A stretch of DNA of 64,000 nucleotides from Trueperaceae bacterium (GCA_965214405.1 OZ243956.1:1472001-1536000), one strand, 5' to 3'; counted from the stretch's first letter, positions 31,464-41,736 are shown. Numbers and translations: made by a program. The notes: generated from the letters alone by a model not told the origin.

Positions 31464-33038
31464 GTGAAAAGATGGCTATTTTATCTGTTTATCCTGCTCT
31501 TTACGGCGAATCTCGCGTACGCCCAGGTGCCACAATTCGTTGAAGAAACGGCGTCGGGTATCGCGCACGCTTACGACGGCGGCTGGGAATTTTTTGTCGG
31601 GGGCGGCGTGGCGGTTTTTGACTGTGACGACGACATGTTGCCCGACCTCTTTTTCGCGGGCGGCGAGAATAGAAGCGCCCTCTACCACAATCAAAGTGAG
31701 GTCGGGGGACCTTTACGCTTTGAGGAGGTGGATAACAGCCTCTCCCTTACAAACGTCACGGGCGCGTATCCCTTGGATATTGACGGCGACGGCCTCACCG
31801 ACGTGGCGGTCTTGCGGGTGGGCGAGAACGTCCTCTTCCGCGGCCTCGGCGACTGCCGCTTCGAGCGGGCGAACGACATGTGGGGTTTTGAGGGGGGCGA
31901 GAGCTGGACTACCGCCTTTGCCGCCACCTGGGAAGCGGGGCAGGCGTGGCCGACGCTGGCCTTTGGCAATTATGTCGACCGCGCCGCGCCGGGCGCACCT
32001 TTCGGCACCTGCGACGACAACCTCCTCTACCGCCCCGCCGAGGCCGGAAGTTTCGCGCCGCCCTCGCGTCTCACCCCCTCCTACTGCGCGCTGTCGATGC
32101 TCTTTACCGACTGGAACCGCTCAGGCACGCCGAGTTTGCGCGTCTCGAACGACCGGCAGTATTACCTCACCAACGACGACCGGACGGGCGGTGAGCAACT
32201 GTGGCACGTGCCGCCGGGGGAGTTGCCGCGACCCTATACCGAGGCGGAGGGCTGGGAAAAGGTGCAAATCTGGGGCATGGGCATCGCCAGCGCGGACCTA
32301 AACGGCGACGAACTGCCCGAATACTTTTTGACCAGTATGGCCGACAACAAACTCCGCACCCTCGCGCGTGGGGCGAGTATGCCAATGTACGACGATGTCG
32401 CCTTTGACCGCGGCGTCACCGCGCACCGGCCTTTTATAGGCGACGACACGAACCCCTCGACGGGCTGGCACGCGGCCTTTGAAGACGTGAACAACGACGG
32501 CCTGTGGGATTTGTTCGTCGCCAAGGGCAACGTGGACGCGATGCCGGACATGGCGCTAGAAGACCCCAATAATTTACTCCTGGGCAATGAGGACGGCACC
32601 TTTACCGAGGCCGCCGACAGAGCGGGTCTGCTCTCTTTTAAGAGAGGCCGGGGCGCGGCAGTAGTAGACCTCAACATGGACGGCTTACTCGACGTGGTGG
32701 TCGCCAACCGGGGCGACAATGCGCAGGTTTGGCGCAACGTGAGCGAGGAAAAGGGTGACTTTCTGGCGGTGCGTTTGCAAGACGAGGGCGGCAACCGGGA
32801 CGGGGTGGGGAGTCTGCTCGAGCTCCGCACCCCCAATCGCACCCTCACCCGCGAGGTCACCGTGGGCGGCGGTCACGCGGGCGGGACGCTAGGCTTTACG
32901 CACTTCGGCTTAGGCGAGGCGACCGGGGCGGAACTGCGGGTAAGGTGGCCCGACGGCGAGGTGAGCCCGTGGCGGGAGGTGCCCGCGAACGCGTTTATCG
33001 CGGTGAGCCGTGAAGGAATCCAACGTGTGAACCCTTAA
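31464..33038 (+). CDS. Secreted CRTAC1-like protein (FG-GAP/VCBS repeats plus ASPIC/UnbV domain)
   Basis: Repeated DxDxDG loops; C-terminal NRDGVGS...HFGLG...VRWPDG; GTG start behind AGGAGG. Confidence 0.85.
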   Translation: MKRWLFYLFILLFTANLAYAQVPQFVEETASGIAHAYDGGWEFFVGGGVAVFDCDDDMLPDLFFAGGENRSALYHNQSEVGGPLRFEEVDNSLSLTNVTGAYPLDIDGDGLTDVAVLRVGENVLFRGLGDCRFERANDMWGFEGGESWTTAFAATWEAGQAWPTLAFGNYVDRAAPGAPFGTCDDNLLYRPAEAGSFAPPSRLTPSYCALSMLFTDWNRSGTPSLRVSNDRQYYLTNDDRTGGEQLWHVPPGELPRPYTEAEGWEKVQIWGMGIASADLNGDELPEYFLTSMADNKLRTLARGASMPMYDDVAFDRGVTAHRPFIGDDTNPSTGWHAAFEDVNNDGLWDLFVAKGNVDAMPDMALEDPNNLLLGNEDGTFTEAADRAGLLSFKRGRGAAVVDLNMDGLLDVVVANRGDNAQVWRNVSEEKGDFLAVRLQDEGGNRDGVGSLLELRTPNRTLTREVTVGGGHAGGTLGFTHFGLGEATGAELRVRWPDGEVSPWREVPANAFIAVSREGIQRVNP

Positions 33039-33051
33039 CCCGACCTCAATT

Positions 33052-33070
33052 TGTTATACTGTCCAACAGT
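33052..33070 (+). promoter_or_regulatory. Extended -10 with overlapping palindrome (TA autoregulation site candidate)
   Basis: TGtTATACT at 33052-33060 overlapping ACTGT-cca-ACAGT at 33058-33070. Confidence 0.5.
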
Positions 33071-33088
33071 TGTACTTTGGAGGCCGCT

Positions 33089-33346
33089 ATGTCCCTCGTC
33101 CGCGTAAAACGCAAGCATCAAGTCACGATTCCCGCCAAGGTGCGCGATGAACTCGAATTAGAAGAAGGGGATTGGCTCGAGGTTCAGGTGCAAGGAAACT
33201 GTATCGTCCTCACGCCGCAGGTTGTTGTCGACCGGGTGGATGTGAGGGCGGCGGTGCAGGAGGGGCTGAAGGCTTATCGTCGGGGGGATGTGAGCCCCAG
33301 CTTCGATAATTTAGAAGATTTGAAAGCTTACCTAGACGAAGCGTGA
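33089..33346 (+). CDS. AbrB/MazE/SpoVT-family antitoxin
   Basis: VKRKHQVTIPAKVRDELELEEGD; GGAGG RBS. Confidence 0.88.
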   Translation: MSLVRVKRKHQVTIPAKVRDELELEEGDWLEVQVQGNCIVLTPQVVVDRVDVRAAVQEGLKAYRRGDVSPSFDNLEDLKAYLDEA

Positions 33347-33591
33347 ATGTCCGCTTTACCGACCCGGCCAAAAAGGATTACCGGAAGCTCGAGCCCGGCC
33401 TGCAAAAACGCCTCATCAAGCAGCTCGGCTTCCTTAGAGAGAATCTGCGTCATCCCTCCCTGAACGCCAAAAAGTATCCCGAAGGGGGTGAAGGCGTTTG
33501 GCAAGGCCGCGTAGACCGAAGTTACCGCTTCTACTTCCTTATCGAAGAGGATGTTTACGTAGTTCTGCGCGTCATCCCGCACCCCAAGTAA
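33343..33591 (+). CDS. RelE/ParE-superfamily toxin
   Basis: FTDPAKKDYRKL...RHPSLNAKK...WQGRVDRSYRFYF; GTGA overlap with the antitoxin. Confidence 0.82.
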   Translation: MNVRFTDPAKKDYRKLEPGLQKRLIKQLGFLRENLRHPSLNAKKYPEGGEGVWQGRVDRSYRFYFLIEEDVYVVLRVIPHPK

Positions 33592-33616
33592 TTTCACACT
33601 TGACGGTGTGAGCGCG

Positions 33617-34066
33617 TCAACCGTCAAGCACGCGCAACTTCTCCTCAAGCCTCCCCAACAGCGCGTCAAACTCCCAACTGAGCCCCGCGCGTTCAAAAGG
33701 CACAAAGCGGTGTTTGAGAACCATGCCCTTGTCCATGTCGCCCGCTGAGACGGTGTGGTCCCAGGCGTCGGGAGTGTTTGAGGGAGCTCTGAGCCAGAAG
33801 TAGTGGCGGCGTTCAAAAAGATGGCCAAACTCTGGAACGTGCGCCTCCCGGTGCTGTGTGCCTAAAAAGACGGGGCTGGATAGCGCAAGACCAGACTCTT
33901 CAAAAGCCTCACGCAACGTAGCGTCTTCCCAGCTTTCACCCTCATCTACACCGCCACCCACAACGAGCACACCTTCACACCCCTCGGTGTAACGTTCGGC
34001 GTATTCGTACACCAAAAGCTCCCAGCCTCTCGTGATGTAGCAGCAAACCCGGTCTCTGGTCCTCAC
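33617..34066 (-). CDS. NUDIX hydrolase
   Basis: GGGVDEGESWEDATLREAFEESGL Nudix box; GTG start at 34066 coupled to the malQ stop. Confidence 0.88.
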   Translation of the reverse strand: MRTRDRVCCYITRGWELLVYEYAERYTEGCEGVLVVGGGVDEGESWEDATLREAFEESGLALSSPVFLGTQHREAHVPEFGHLFERRHYFWLRAPSNTPDAWDHTVSAGDMDKGMVLKHRFVPFERAGLSWEFDALLGRLEEKLRVLDG

Positions 34067-35631
34067 TCCGCCACAGCGTCGCTGACAGCGTCGTCGTGCG
34101 TGACCGTCTGACGGTAGGGCGTGTCTGCGGCTTCCTCTTCGCCCAAGCGCCCGTAGAGCTGGGTCATATCGCGCAACGAGGGAGCGACCCAGTCGGCAAG
34201 CTGCCCTTGCGTGTAGCGCCAGCCCCAGTTGCCCGCCGCCGCGCCGGGTGTGTTCATGCGCGCGTCCGAACCCAGGCCGAGCACGTCTTGGAGGGGCACG
34301 ACGGCAAAGTCGGCGACGGACGAGAAAGCGAGGCGGACCAAGGACCAAGCGGCGTTGGAGCCGTCTCGAGCCAAGTAACGGCGCACCATGTCCTGCTCTT
34401 TTTCGGGCGCGGTTTCGTACCAGCCTTGCGTGGTGTCGTTGTCGTGCGTGCCCGTGTAGACGACGCAGCCGCGCGGGTAGTTGTGGGGCAAATAGGGGTC
34501 GGCGGCCCCGTCGGCAAAGGCGAACTGCAAGACCTTCATGCCGGGGAGGTTGTTATCGTCGCGTAACGCTTCGACCTCCGGGGTAATGACGCCCAAGTCC
34601 TCGGCGATAATCGGCAGGTCGCCCAGGGCTTCTTTGACCGCGTCAAAAAAGGTCTGACCGGGTCCCTTGACCCAGCGCCCGTGGACGGCGGTGGGCTCGT
34701 CTGCGGGGATTTCCCAGTAGGCTTCGAAGCCGCGGAAGTGGTCGATGCGGACGAAGTCGAAAAACTCCAAGGTCGAGCGGATGCGGGAAATCCACCAGGC
34801 GAAGCCGTTCTTTTTCATCACGTCCCAGCGGTATAGGGGATTGCCCCAGCGCTGGCCCGTCTCGCTAAAGTAGTCGGGCGGCACCCCCGCCACCACGGTC
34901 GGGTTGCCCGATTCGTCAAAGTGAAAAAGCTCGGGGTTGGCCCAGGCGTCTGCGGAGTCGTAGGCGATAAAGATGGGGATGTCGCCGATGATGTTGACGT
35001 CTCGAGCGTTGGCGTAGGCGCGCAGCGAGAGCCACTGCTCGTAAAAGAACCACTGCCAGACTTTGTGTTTGTCGATTTCGTTTTCTAAGCGCGCGCCCCA
35101 CGCTTCTAAAGCCTCCGGGTGCCGCGCGCGGATGCCCTCGTCCCAGGCGCTCCAGGAGCCGCCGCCGTGCGCCTCTTTGCAGGCCATAAAGAGCGCGTAG
35201 TCGTCTAACCATCCCGCTTGCGCCTCGCAAAACTTTCTAAACTGCGCCTGCTGCTTCCCTGTCTTGTTCTCCGTAAAGTGGCGGTACGCGCGGGTCAGGC
35301 GCTCCAACTTAAACGGAATCACCGCGCCGTAGTCCACCCGCTCGGCGGGAAAGTCGGGAACCTCGGACAGCGCGTCCGCGTCTAAAAAACCGTCCTCAAC
35401 GAGGCGCTCGAGCGAAATCAAATAAGGGTTGCCCGCAAAGGCGCTGAAACATTGATAGGGCGAATCGCCGAAACCCGTGGGGCCTAAGGGCATAAGCTGC
35501 CACAGCCCCTGGCCCGCCTCGACCAGAAAATCCACCCAGCGGTACGCTTCCGCGCCCAGATCGCCGACGCCGTGGGGACCGGGTAGGGAGGTAGGGTGCA
35601 AAAGAAGACCTGAATCGCGCGTGAGTTCCAT
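34063..35631 (-). CDS. malQ: 4-alpha-glucanotransferase (amylomaltase, GH77)
   Basis: LLLHPTSLPG, GVPPDYFSETGQRWGNP, RIDHFRGF, AEDLG, YTGTHDNDT. Confidence 0.96.
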   Translation of the reverse strand: MELTRDSGLLLHPTSLPGPHGVGDLGAEAYRWVDFLVEAGQGLWQLMPLGPTGFGDSPYQCFSAFAGNPYLISLERLVEDGFLDADALSEVPDFPAERVDYGAVIPFKLERLTRAYRHFTENKTGKQQAQFRKFCEAQAGWLDDYALFMACKEAHGGGSWSAWDEGIRARHPEALEAWGARLENEIDKHKVWQWFFYEQWLSLRAYANARDVNIIGDIPIFIAYDSADAWANPELFHFDESGNPTVVAGVPPDYFSETGQRWGNPLYRWDVMKKNGFAWWISRIRSTLEFFDFVRIDHFRGFEAYWEIPADEPTAVHGRWVKGPGQTFFDAVKEALGDLPIIAEDLGVITPEVEALRDDNNLPGMKVLQFAFADGAADPYLPHNYPRGCVVYTGTHDNDTTQGWYETAPEKEQDMVRRYLARDGSNAAWSLVRLAFSSVADFAVVPLQDVLGLGSDARMNTPGAAAGNWGWRYTQGQLADWVAPSLRDMTQLYGRLGEEEAADTPYRQTVTHDDAVSDAVAE

Positions 35632-35764
35632 GTGTGCTCCTTAACTAAAAAAGGTTCGAACCGGCGGTGTTGTGTAAGGGGCACAAGGACGTGCTCGAGC
35701 CCCGCCCAAACGTCCTTTAGTTTATGCCATTCTTGGGCCGTTGTCGCGCCTTGGTAGAAATTAT

Positions 35765-37654
35765 CTAGTGGGAGACGATTTCACCGGGTGGCGCTGTTTC
35801 GTGAAGTTCAGCGGGGGCGCGGGCGGGCAAGCGCACCGTGAACGTCGAGCCCACCCCCACCGCGCTCTGAACCGTGATGTCGCCGCCCAGAAGTTCGCAC
35901 AAGCGTTTGCAAAGGGTGAGGCCGACGCCGGAGCCGCCGTAAGCGCGCGTGTTCGACGCGTCCACCTGGACAAAGGCGTCAAAAATAACGGGGAGGTGTT
36001 CGGCGGCGACGCCGATGCCGGTGTCAGCTACGGTGATAAGCACATGGTTTAACCCTGGCTCTAAGCCTGGGTTTAACTTCGGGTTTAACGCATCGTTTGG
36101 CTTATGCTCTCCCTGCGTTGGCAGGCCCTGCTCGACCTTGACCACAGACGCGCTTAAACGTACCTCGCCGCCCTCGGTAAACTTAGCCGCGTTTGAAAGA
36201 AGCTGCGCCACCACCTCGCGCAGCTTATCGGGGTCGGTGTAAAGCTCGCCCAGATCGTCCGCTAAATTCAGGTGAAAGCGGTTGCCGCGCGCGGTGATAG
36301 TTTTTTCGAACGTATCCGCCACCTCTTGTAAAAGCGCAGGGAGGCGGAAAGTTGTGGGCTCGAGCCTTAGTTCCTGCGTCTCGGTCAGCGCGAGCGTGAG
36401 CGCGCTGCTAATGCGCCCCAAAAGCTCTTCACCGGAGCGGAAAATGAGGTTCGCGTACTCCCGGTTTTTTTCATCAGGAAGCGTGAGGGTTAGGAGTTCC
36501 GAAAAGCCGATGATGGCGGTGAGGGGCGTGCGCAGTTCGTGGCTCATGTTGGCCAGAAACTGCGTCTTGGCGCGGTCGGCGGCCTCGGCCTCGACCTTGG
36601 CGCGGCGCAGCTCGCGCTCCCCTTCCACCCGCTCGGTCACGTCGCGCACGACCACGACCGTCGCGCCCGTTTCGCCGCCGCGCTTTAGGGGCGAGAGGTG
36701 GAGCTCGAACACGCGCCCGTCCACCATCATCACCTCCTGACGCGGCTCGGTGAGGTCGCGGTAGCGCGCCAAGGCCTCGGGACGGTCGCCAAACACTTCT
36801 GCCACATCGCAACCGACGAACGCCTGCTCGGTTCGCTGGACGATGCGTAAGATGGCGGGGTTGGCGTCGATGATGCGGCGGGAAGCGTCAACGACGAACA
36901 CGCCGTCGCTCATGCTCTCGATGACCAGACCCCGCGCGACGGGCACGAGCTCGAAAAGCTTGTAGCGGAACATGCCCCAGGCGATGAGCGCGCTCGCCAC
37001 CGCGAAGCCGAGGGGCGTGAGGTCGTACCCGTCCGACACGCCTATGAGGTAGAGCGTGCTCGTCACGAGAGGCGCCGTCACGCCGCCCAGCAAGACGACG
37101 CTCTGGCCGCGGTAGCGCCCCGGCGACCGCCACAAAAAGCGCGCCATGAGCGCCGTGCCTATGAGCATAAGCCCATAAGAATAGGCCGTGTGAAGCCAGA
37201 AAAAAACGCCGTGCTGCACCTCGAGCCTTGGCGGCGCCCCCCCCAAACCGACTTGCGACCAGATGAGACCGTGAGACGCAGCGTGAGGGAAGAAACCCTG
37301 GGGCGCGTTCGTCCACACCAGCGTGAGCGTGAGGGCGGGGAAGAGACAAAGGAACAAAAGGGCGCGGCGGGAGAAAGGTTTGGCGGTGTAGCTTCTCGCA
37401 AACGCCAGCCAGCACACGGGGATGAACACAATGCCCAGGTACTCGAGCCGCGCGTAAAAAAGCACCCGCTCGAGGCTCGTGCTGGCGAGTTCCAGCCCGT
37501 AAAAAAACGACCACCACCCCGCGCCGAGCGCGAGCAGCTCGAGGGGCACCACCCCCGCCGTGCGGCGGTAACGCCACATGGCGGCGGCGAGCACGAACGC
37601 GGCCACCGCCACCCCTCCAAGGAGGGGCGTGTAGGGCGTGGTCATCTCAATCAT
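35765..37654 (-). CDS. Sensor histidine kinase (7TM N-terminus, PAS, HisKA, HATPase)
   Basis: FLANMSHELRTPL, NAAKFT, DTGIG, GSGVGL; hydrophobic N-terminal region of about 230 aa. Confidence 0.92.
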   Translation of the reverse strand: MIEMTTPYTPLLGGVAVAAFVLAAAMWRYRRTAGVVPLELLALGAGWWSFFYGLELASTSLERVLFYARLEYLGIVFIPVCWLAFARSYTAKPFSRRALLFLCLFPALTLTLVWTNAPQGFFPHAASHGLIWSQVGLGGAPPRLEVQHGVFFWLHTAYSYGLMLIGTALMARFLWRSPGRYRGQSVVLLGGVTAPLVTSTLYLIGVSDGYDLTPLGFAVASALIAWGMFRYKLFELVPVARGLVIESMSDGVFVVDASRRIIDANPAILRIVQRTEQAFVGCDVAEVFGDRPEALARYRDLTEPRQEVMMVDGRVFELHLSPLKRGGETGATVVVVRDVTERVEGERELRRAKVEAEAADRAKTQFLANMSHELRTPLTAIIGFSELLTLTLPDEKNREYANLIFRSGEELLGRISSALTLALTETQELRLEPTTFRLPALLQEVADTFEKTITARGNRFHLNLADDLGELYTDPDKLREVVAQLLSNAAKFTEGGEVRLSASVVKVEQGLPTQGEHKPNDALNPKLNPGLEPGLNHVLITVADTGIGVAAEHLPVIFDAFVQVDASNTRAYGGSGVGLTLCKRLCELLGGDITVQSAVGVGSTFTVRLPARAPAELHETAPPGEIVSH

Positions 37655-37695
37655 GGTCGTTGCTCTATCTTAAAAGAAATAGGGCGCGGAAAATC

Positions 37696-37884
37696 TTACT
37701 CTTTCCCGCCCCCGTCACGCTGTTCACCCCTTGAATAAGTGGCAGAACTCCGAATATCAACCTCAAATACCGCCTCTGTCTGCTCCCAGACCTCAGCGAG
37801 GTCATGCTCGTCCCAGTATTTCCCAGCTTCTTGGTATAACGTGGCCTGCGAGATGAACGTTTTACGCTTCGGCACTAACGCCAT
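37696..37884 (-). pseudogene. Truncated CopG/BrnA-like antitoxin remnant
   Basis: YQEAGKYWDEHDLAEVWEQT..VFEVDI resembles the (F/Y)WDxHD antitoxin N-terminus; the C-terminal DNA-binding part and a toxin partner are absent. Confidence 0.55.
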
Positions 37885-38329
37885 AGGTAAGTAAAGCACT
37901 TTCGATCTGCATCTGCTCAGTAGTCTCTGGATAAAGTCGGTAGCGCGGCGCAACAATTGGCTGGACCTCTTTCACTTCGATAGCGATAATCATGTGAATA
38001 GGGAACGCTTCTCCTGTTAACGCTTTTAGAGGTGAAACCCTCTGCGCGTACGCCTTTTCTTTTTTGTGAATAAGTGTAGCAGCACCTTTTACTTTGTAAC
38101 CCTTCTGCACGAGTACATCAATGAAACTTACACAAACCTGCGGGTTACTCCTGATATTACGGACACTTTCAGGTGATGCGATGTTTGCGATAAGGATATG
38201 CGTGTCATCTTCTACAGCGAATATCTCTTTCGGAGACACATTGGGCGTACCGTCATCTGATACGGTAGCCAACCAGCAAAGAACACTCTTCTCCGCATAC
38301 TTTTTGACATCCTCTGTCAGCATAGACAT
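37862..38329 (-). CDS. Pyridoxamine 5'-phosphate oxidase-like FMN-binding protein
   Basis: CWLATVSDDGTPNVSPK...NIRSNPQVCVSF; AT-rich relative to flanks. Confidence 0.85.
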   Translation of the reverse strand: MSMLTEDVKKYAEKSVLCWLATVSDDGTPNVSPKEIFAVEDDTHILIANIASPESVRNIRSNPQVCVSFIDVLVQKGYKVKGAATLIHKKEKAYAQRVSPLKALTGEAFPIHMIIAIEVKEVQPIVAPRYRLYPETTEQMQIESALLTYGVSAEA

Positions 38330-38395
38330 TGTTTCCTCATCTCGAAATACAGGCTTGGTTCGCTTTATAGTCTCTGCTTTGGCTTGGGCAATATA

Positions 38396-39325
38396 TCACT
38401 TCTCAAAAGGCTTCCCGATCGCCTTGGGCGGGATCGCCCGCCCGATAAAGCCCGCGAGCACGAGCATCGTCAGGATAAAGGGCACGCTCTGGACCACGGT
38501 CGAGGGCATGATCTGCCGTCCGCCTAAAAGCGTCGCGGCGGCCTCGAACGCGCCAAAGAGGAGCGTCGCGCCGAGCACGCCCAGCGGGTGCCACTTGCCA
38601 AAGATAAGTGCCGCCAGGGCGACAAAGCCGCGCCCGCCCGACATCTCGGAGATAAACTGGTTGAGGTTGCCGATGCTCAAGTAGGCCCCGCCGAGCCCGC
38701 CCAAGACGCCCGACAGGATCACGCCGTAGTAGCGCATCCGCGCCACGCCCACCCCGACGCTGTCGGCAGCCTCCGGGTGCTCACCAACCGCGCGTAGTCG
38801 CAGGCCGAAGGGGGTTCTGAAAAGGACGAACCAGGCGACGGGCACGAGCAAAAACGCGAGGTAGACGAGCGGGGAAAAGCTCCACGCGCCGCGCCCCCAT
38901 TCGGGCAAGCGGTTAACGACGGCTTGGGAGGTGCTCGAGTTGTTGTAAAGCCCCGTCAGCACAACCGCCGGGATGCCGATCGCCATGAGGTTAATCGCGG
39001 TGCCCGAGATGATCTGGTCGGCCTTGTAGCGGATACAGATAACCGCGTGCAAGGCCGCGATGAGCCCACCCGCCACCATCGCCGCGAGCACGCCCAGCCA
39101 GGGGGCGTAAAGAACGACCGCTCGAGGGTTCTCGGCCAAAAAGGGAGCCTCAACAAGCTGCGCGGTCACCGCGGCGGCGAGCGCGCCGAAGAGGATAATG
39201 CCCTCCAGAGCGATATTGACAACCCCCGCGCGCTCGCTAAACATCCCGCCCAGGGCCGCGAACAAGAGCGGCGTGGTGGCCCTAAGCGCGGAGCCTACAA
39301 GCGTAAAAAAGAGTAACAGGTCCAC
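38396..39325 (-). CDS. Nucleoside-type ABC transporter permease
   Basis: SERAGVVNIALEG, LRAVGEHP, GRGFVALAALIFGKW. Confidence 0.9.
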   Translation of the reverse strand: MDLLLFFTLVGSALRATTPLLFAALGGMFSERAGVVNIALEGIILFGALAAAVTAQLVEAPFLAENPRAVVLYAPWLGVLAAMVAGGLIAALHAVICIRYKADQIISGTAINLMAIGIPAVVLTGLYNNSSTSQAVVNRLPEWGRGAWSFSPLVYLAFLLVPVAWFVLFRTPFGLRLRAVGEHPEAADSVGVGVARMRYYGVILSGVLGGLGGAYLSIGNLNQFISEMSGGRGFVALAALIFGKWHPLGVLGATLLFGAFEAAATLLGGRQIMPSTVVQSVPFILTMLVLAGFIGRAIPPKAIGKPFEK

Positions 39326-41565
39326 TACACACCTTCCCCAGGTTCCGACCGAACCGGGCGACCGGGCGGGTCGAGCGGCGCGGTGCGCTCGGGGTCGAGT
39401 TCGGCGTATTCGTCCTCGAGCGTTTTCCCGCGCCGCAACGGGTCGGTGAGTCTATCAGGCAGAAAGCCGCGCGCCGCGATAAAGAGCACGACCAGCGCCA
39501 AAATCATCGAGACCACGTCGCGGGTAAGGTCGCTAAAGGTGATGTTGAGAATCGAGCCGCCGTTTTTCAAGACGCCGAAAAGGAAGGCGGACAAAATTAC
39601 GCCGAACGGGGTGTTACCGCCCAACAGCGCCACCGCGATGCCGTCGAAGCCGTCGCCCGTGGGGAGCGACTGGCGCAGGGCGTAGTCCTCGAGCGCCCCC
39701 CCCAACACGTAGTGCGTCGCGGAAAGCCCCGCGAACGCGCCGGAGACGCTCATCGCTAAGATGATGTTGCGCGCGATGCTCGCGCCCCCATACTCCGCCG
39801 CCTTGGGCGCGACCCCCACCGCGCGGAGTTCGTAGCCCCATTTGGTGCGCCACAGCAGCACGTACATGAGGAGCGCCGAGACGAGCGCGATAAGAAACGA
39901 GGTGTTGAGCTGCGTGGGCGGGATGGGCGTCGGCACGTTCAACAGTCCCCCAAGCGCGGCCACGCCGTAAGCCACCCCGCCCAGTACGAGCGACGCCACC
40001 AACCGCGGCACCCAAGGTCTGAGCCTCCTGTTTATTCTGGGTGCAAGCGCGAGCATGAGGAGGGCTATCAAGAGCGCGACGGGTAGAGCGTAATTCACCC
40101 CGACGACGTTGGTGCCGGGGTTTATGCTCGAGTCAATCCCAAACAGCGCGGGCACCTGCGAGAGCCGCGCTTCCGGCGTGAGCGGGTACGACTTGGGCTC
40201 CGAACCTGGCACCTTGAAGGGCAGCGCGAGCGTCACGGGCGCGTCCCCAGCCCTCGGCAACCCCGCCACGACCACACCCGCGAGGAGCAGCACGCCTCCT
40301 ACTGCAAAGACGAGGCGGGTGCGGCGGGTGACAAAGCGGCGGAGCGGCGCGATGAGGTTGAGCAGGATGGCGAGCACCGCGAACGCGGCGATAACCCAGA
40401 TGATACGCACCGCGGGCGCGGCAAAGGTTTGATTGGAGGAGAGAATAAAGAGCAAAAGCGAGGCCGCGATGTAGTTGAGCAAGATGGTGTTGATGACCTC
40501 GTTCGCCCCGAAGCGCGCCTTGAGCCAACCCGGCAGCGCCCCCCATAGCCCGCCCCCCAGCGCGGCGGCGAGCACGGCAAGGGGCAACACCAAAACCCGC
40601 GGCCCTGGCAAGTAAACCCCGGCGAGCATCGCAAAAATCGCGCCTAAGACCATCTGCCCCGGCGCGCCGATGTTAAAAAGCCCCGCCTGAAACGCGAAGG
40701 CCACCGACAAGCCCGTAAAAATGAGCGGCGTCGCAAATTTGAGCGCTTCTAAAAAGCCCGGCAGCGTCCCCAAAGAGCCCGCGAAAAGCGTCTCATAGGC
40801 GTACCAGACCGTGTCGAGCCGCCCCGCCAAGACCTCGCGCCAGCCTTCCAGCACGACGCCACTCCCCACAGGCGTAGGCTGCAACAGCAAAACGACCACC
40901 GCCGCCGCGAGGAGCGCCAGCAGGATCGAAACGGCGGGCACCGCGACCGCCGCCAAGAAACGGTCGATAAACGCCCCCGCTTTGCGGAACAGCCGCAACC
41001 CGAAAAGAAACGCCAGCGCGCCCGTCACCAGGGCCAAAAAAGCCGAAAGTCCAGCGCCCGCCCCTTCAAAAGGGAGCGTGCGAATCCTCACGCCCGCCCC
41101 CCGCACCGCGGCGAGCGTTGTTTCTAAAGATTCATTACCTTGGAGGACGGCCTCGAGCGCCGCCGTATCGGTTCGCGCGGAGGGCGACTCGAGCGCCCCT
41201 CGGGCCTCCGCGCGAACCGCGTCGAAATTCGCCCTGGCAACGGTGTTCTGGAGCGTCCCCAGCCCCACCGCCGTCGTGATGATGAGCGCTACCCCGGCAA
41301 AAAGCCACAGCCCGCAGCGCACCCGGCGCGGCGCGAGCGCGGCTGCGGCTACCAGCGCGAGCGCGAGAGCCGTGAGTACCAACATCACGCCCTGCCCCGG
41401 CACCACGGGTGCGGAGGTGCGCCCCGTCAAATCGAGCACGCGGTTGGGCAACAGCAGGAGCGCGCTGCGCCCGCCTATCTCGCGCGTTAGCGCCGCCCAG
41501 GGGGCCAGCCACACGCTCAAGAGGGTGAGGAGCGCGAGCGCGCCTACGGAAATTCGTTCGGTCAC
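39325..41565 (-). CDS. Nucleoside-type ABC transporter permease, extended (746 aa)
   Basis: AGLFNIGAPGQ, GANEVINTILLNY, GFDGIAVALLG; extra N-terminal region and internal insertions. Confidence 0.85.
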   Translation of the reverse strand: MTERISVGALALLTLLSVWLAPWAALTREIGGRSALLLLPNRVLDLTGRTSAPVVPGQGVMLVLTALALALVAAAALAPRRVRCGLWLFAGVALIITTAVGLGTLQNTVARANFDAVRAEARGALESPSARTDTAALEAVLQGNESLETTLAAVRGAGVRIRTLPFEGAGAGLSAFLALVTGALAFLFGLRLFRKAGAFIDRFLAAVAVPAVSILLALLAAAVVVLLLQPTPVGSGVVLEGWREVLAGRLDTVWYAYETLFAGSLGTLPGFLEALKFATPLIFTGLSVAFAFQAGLFNIGAPGQMVLGAIFAMLAGVYLPGPRVLVLPLAVLAAALGGGLWGALPGWLKARFGANEVINTILLNYIAASLLLFILSSNQTFAAPAVRIIWVIAAFAVLAILLNLIAPLRRFVTRRTRLVFAVGGVLLLAGVVVAGLPRAGDAPVTLALPFKVPGSEPKSYPLTPEARLSQVPALFGIDSSINPGTNVVGVNYALPVALLIALLMLALAPRINRRLRPWVPRLVASLVLGGVAYGVAALGGLLNVPTPIPPTQLNTSFLIALVSALLMYVLLWRTKWGYELRAVGVAPKAAEYGGASIARNIILAMSVSGAFAGLSATHYVLGGALEDYALRQSLPTGDGFDGIAVALLGGNTPFGVILSAFLFGVLKNGGSILNITFSDLTRDVVSMILALVVLFIAARGFLPDRLTDPLRRGKTLEDEYAELDPERTAPLDPPGRPVRSEPGEGV

Positions 41566-41736
41566 TCCGTTATTCTAACCCTGTTGATGTGATGTTGGTC
41601 ACGTGCGTAGGGCTCGTCTGCGAAAGATTCGCGCGGTTCTGGTAAGCAAATTTTGCTCGAGAGCATTTCATGTAAGCATCTCGCACAGCCTCAACAACAG
41701 CCTCAACAACAGCCTCAACAGGAGTCGGCACACCCT

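Noticed and set aside
34067..34348. N-terminal extension of the NUDIX ORF
   Set aside because: Lies inside malQ in another frame; a coupled GTG start at 34066 gives a normal-sized protein.
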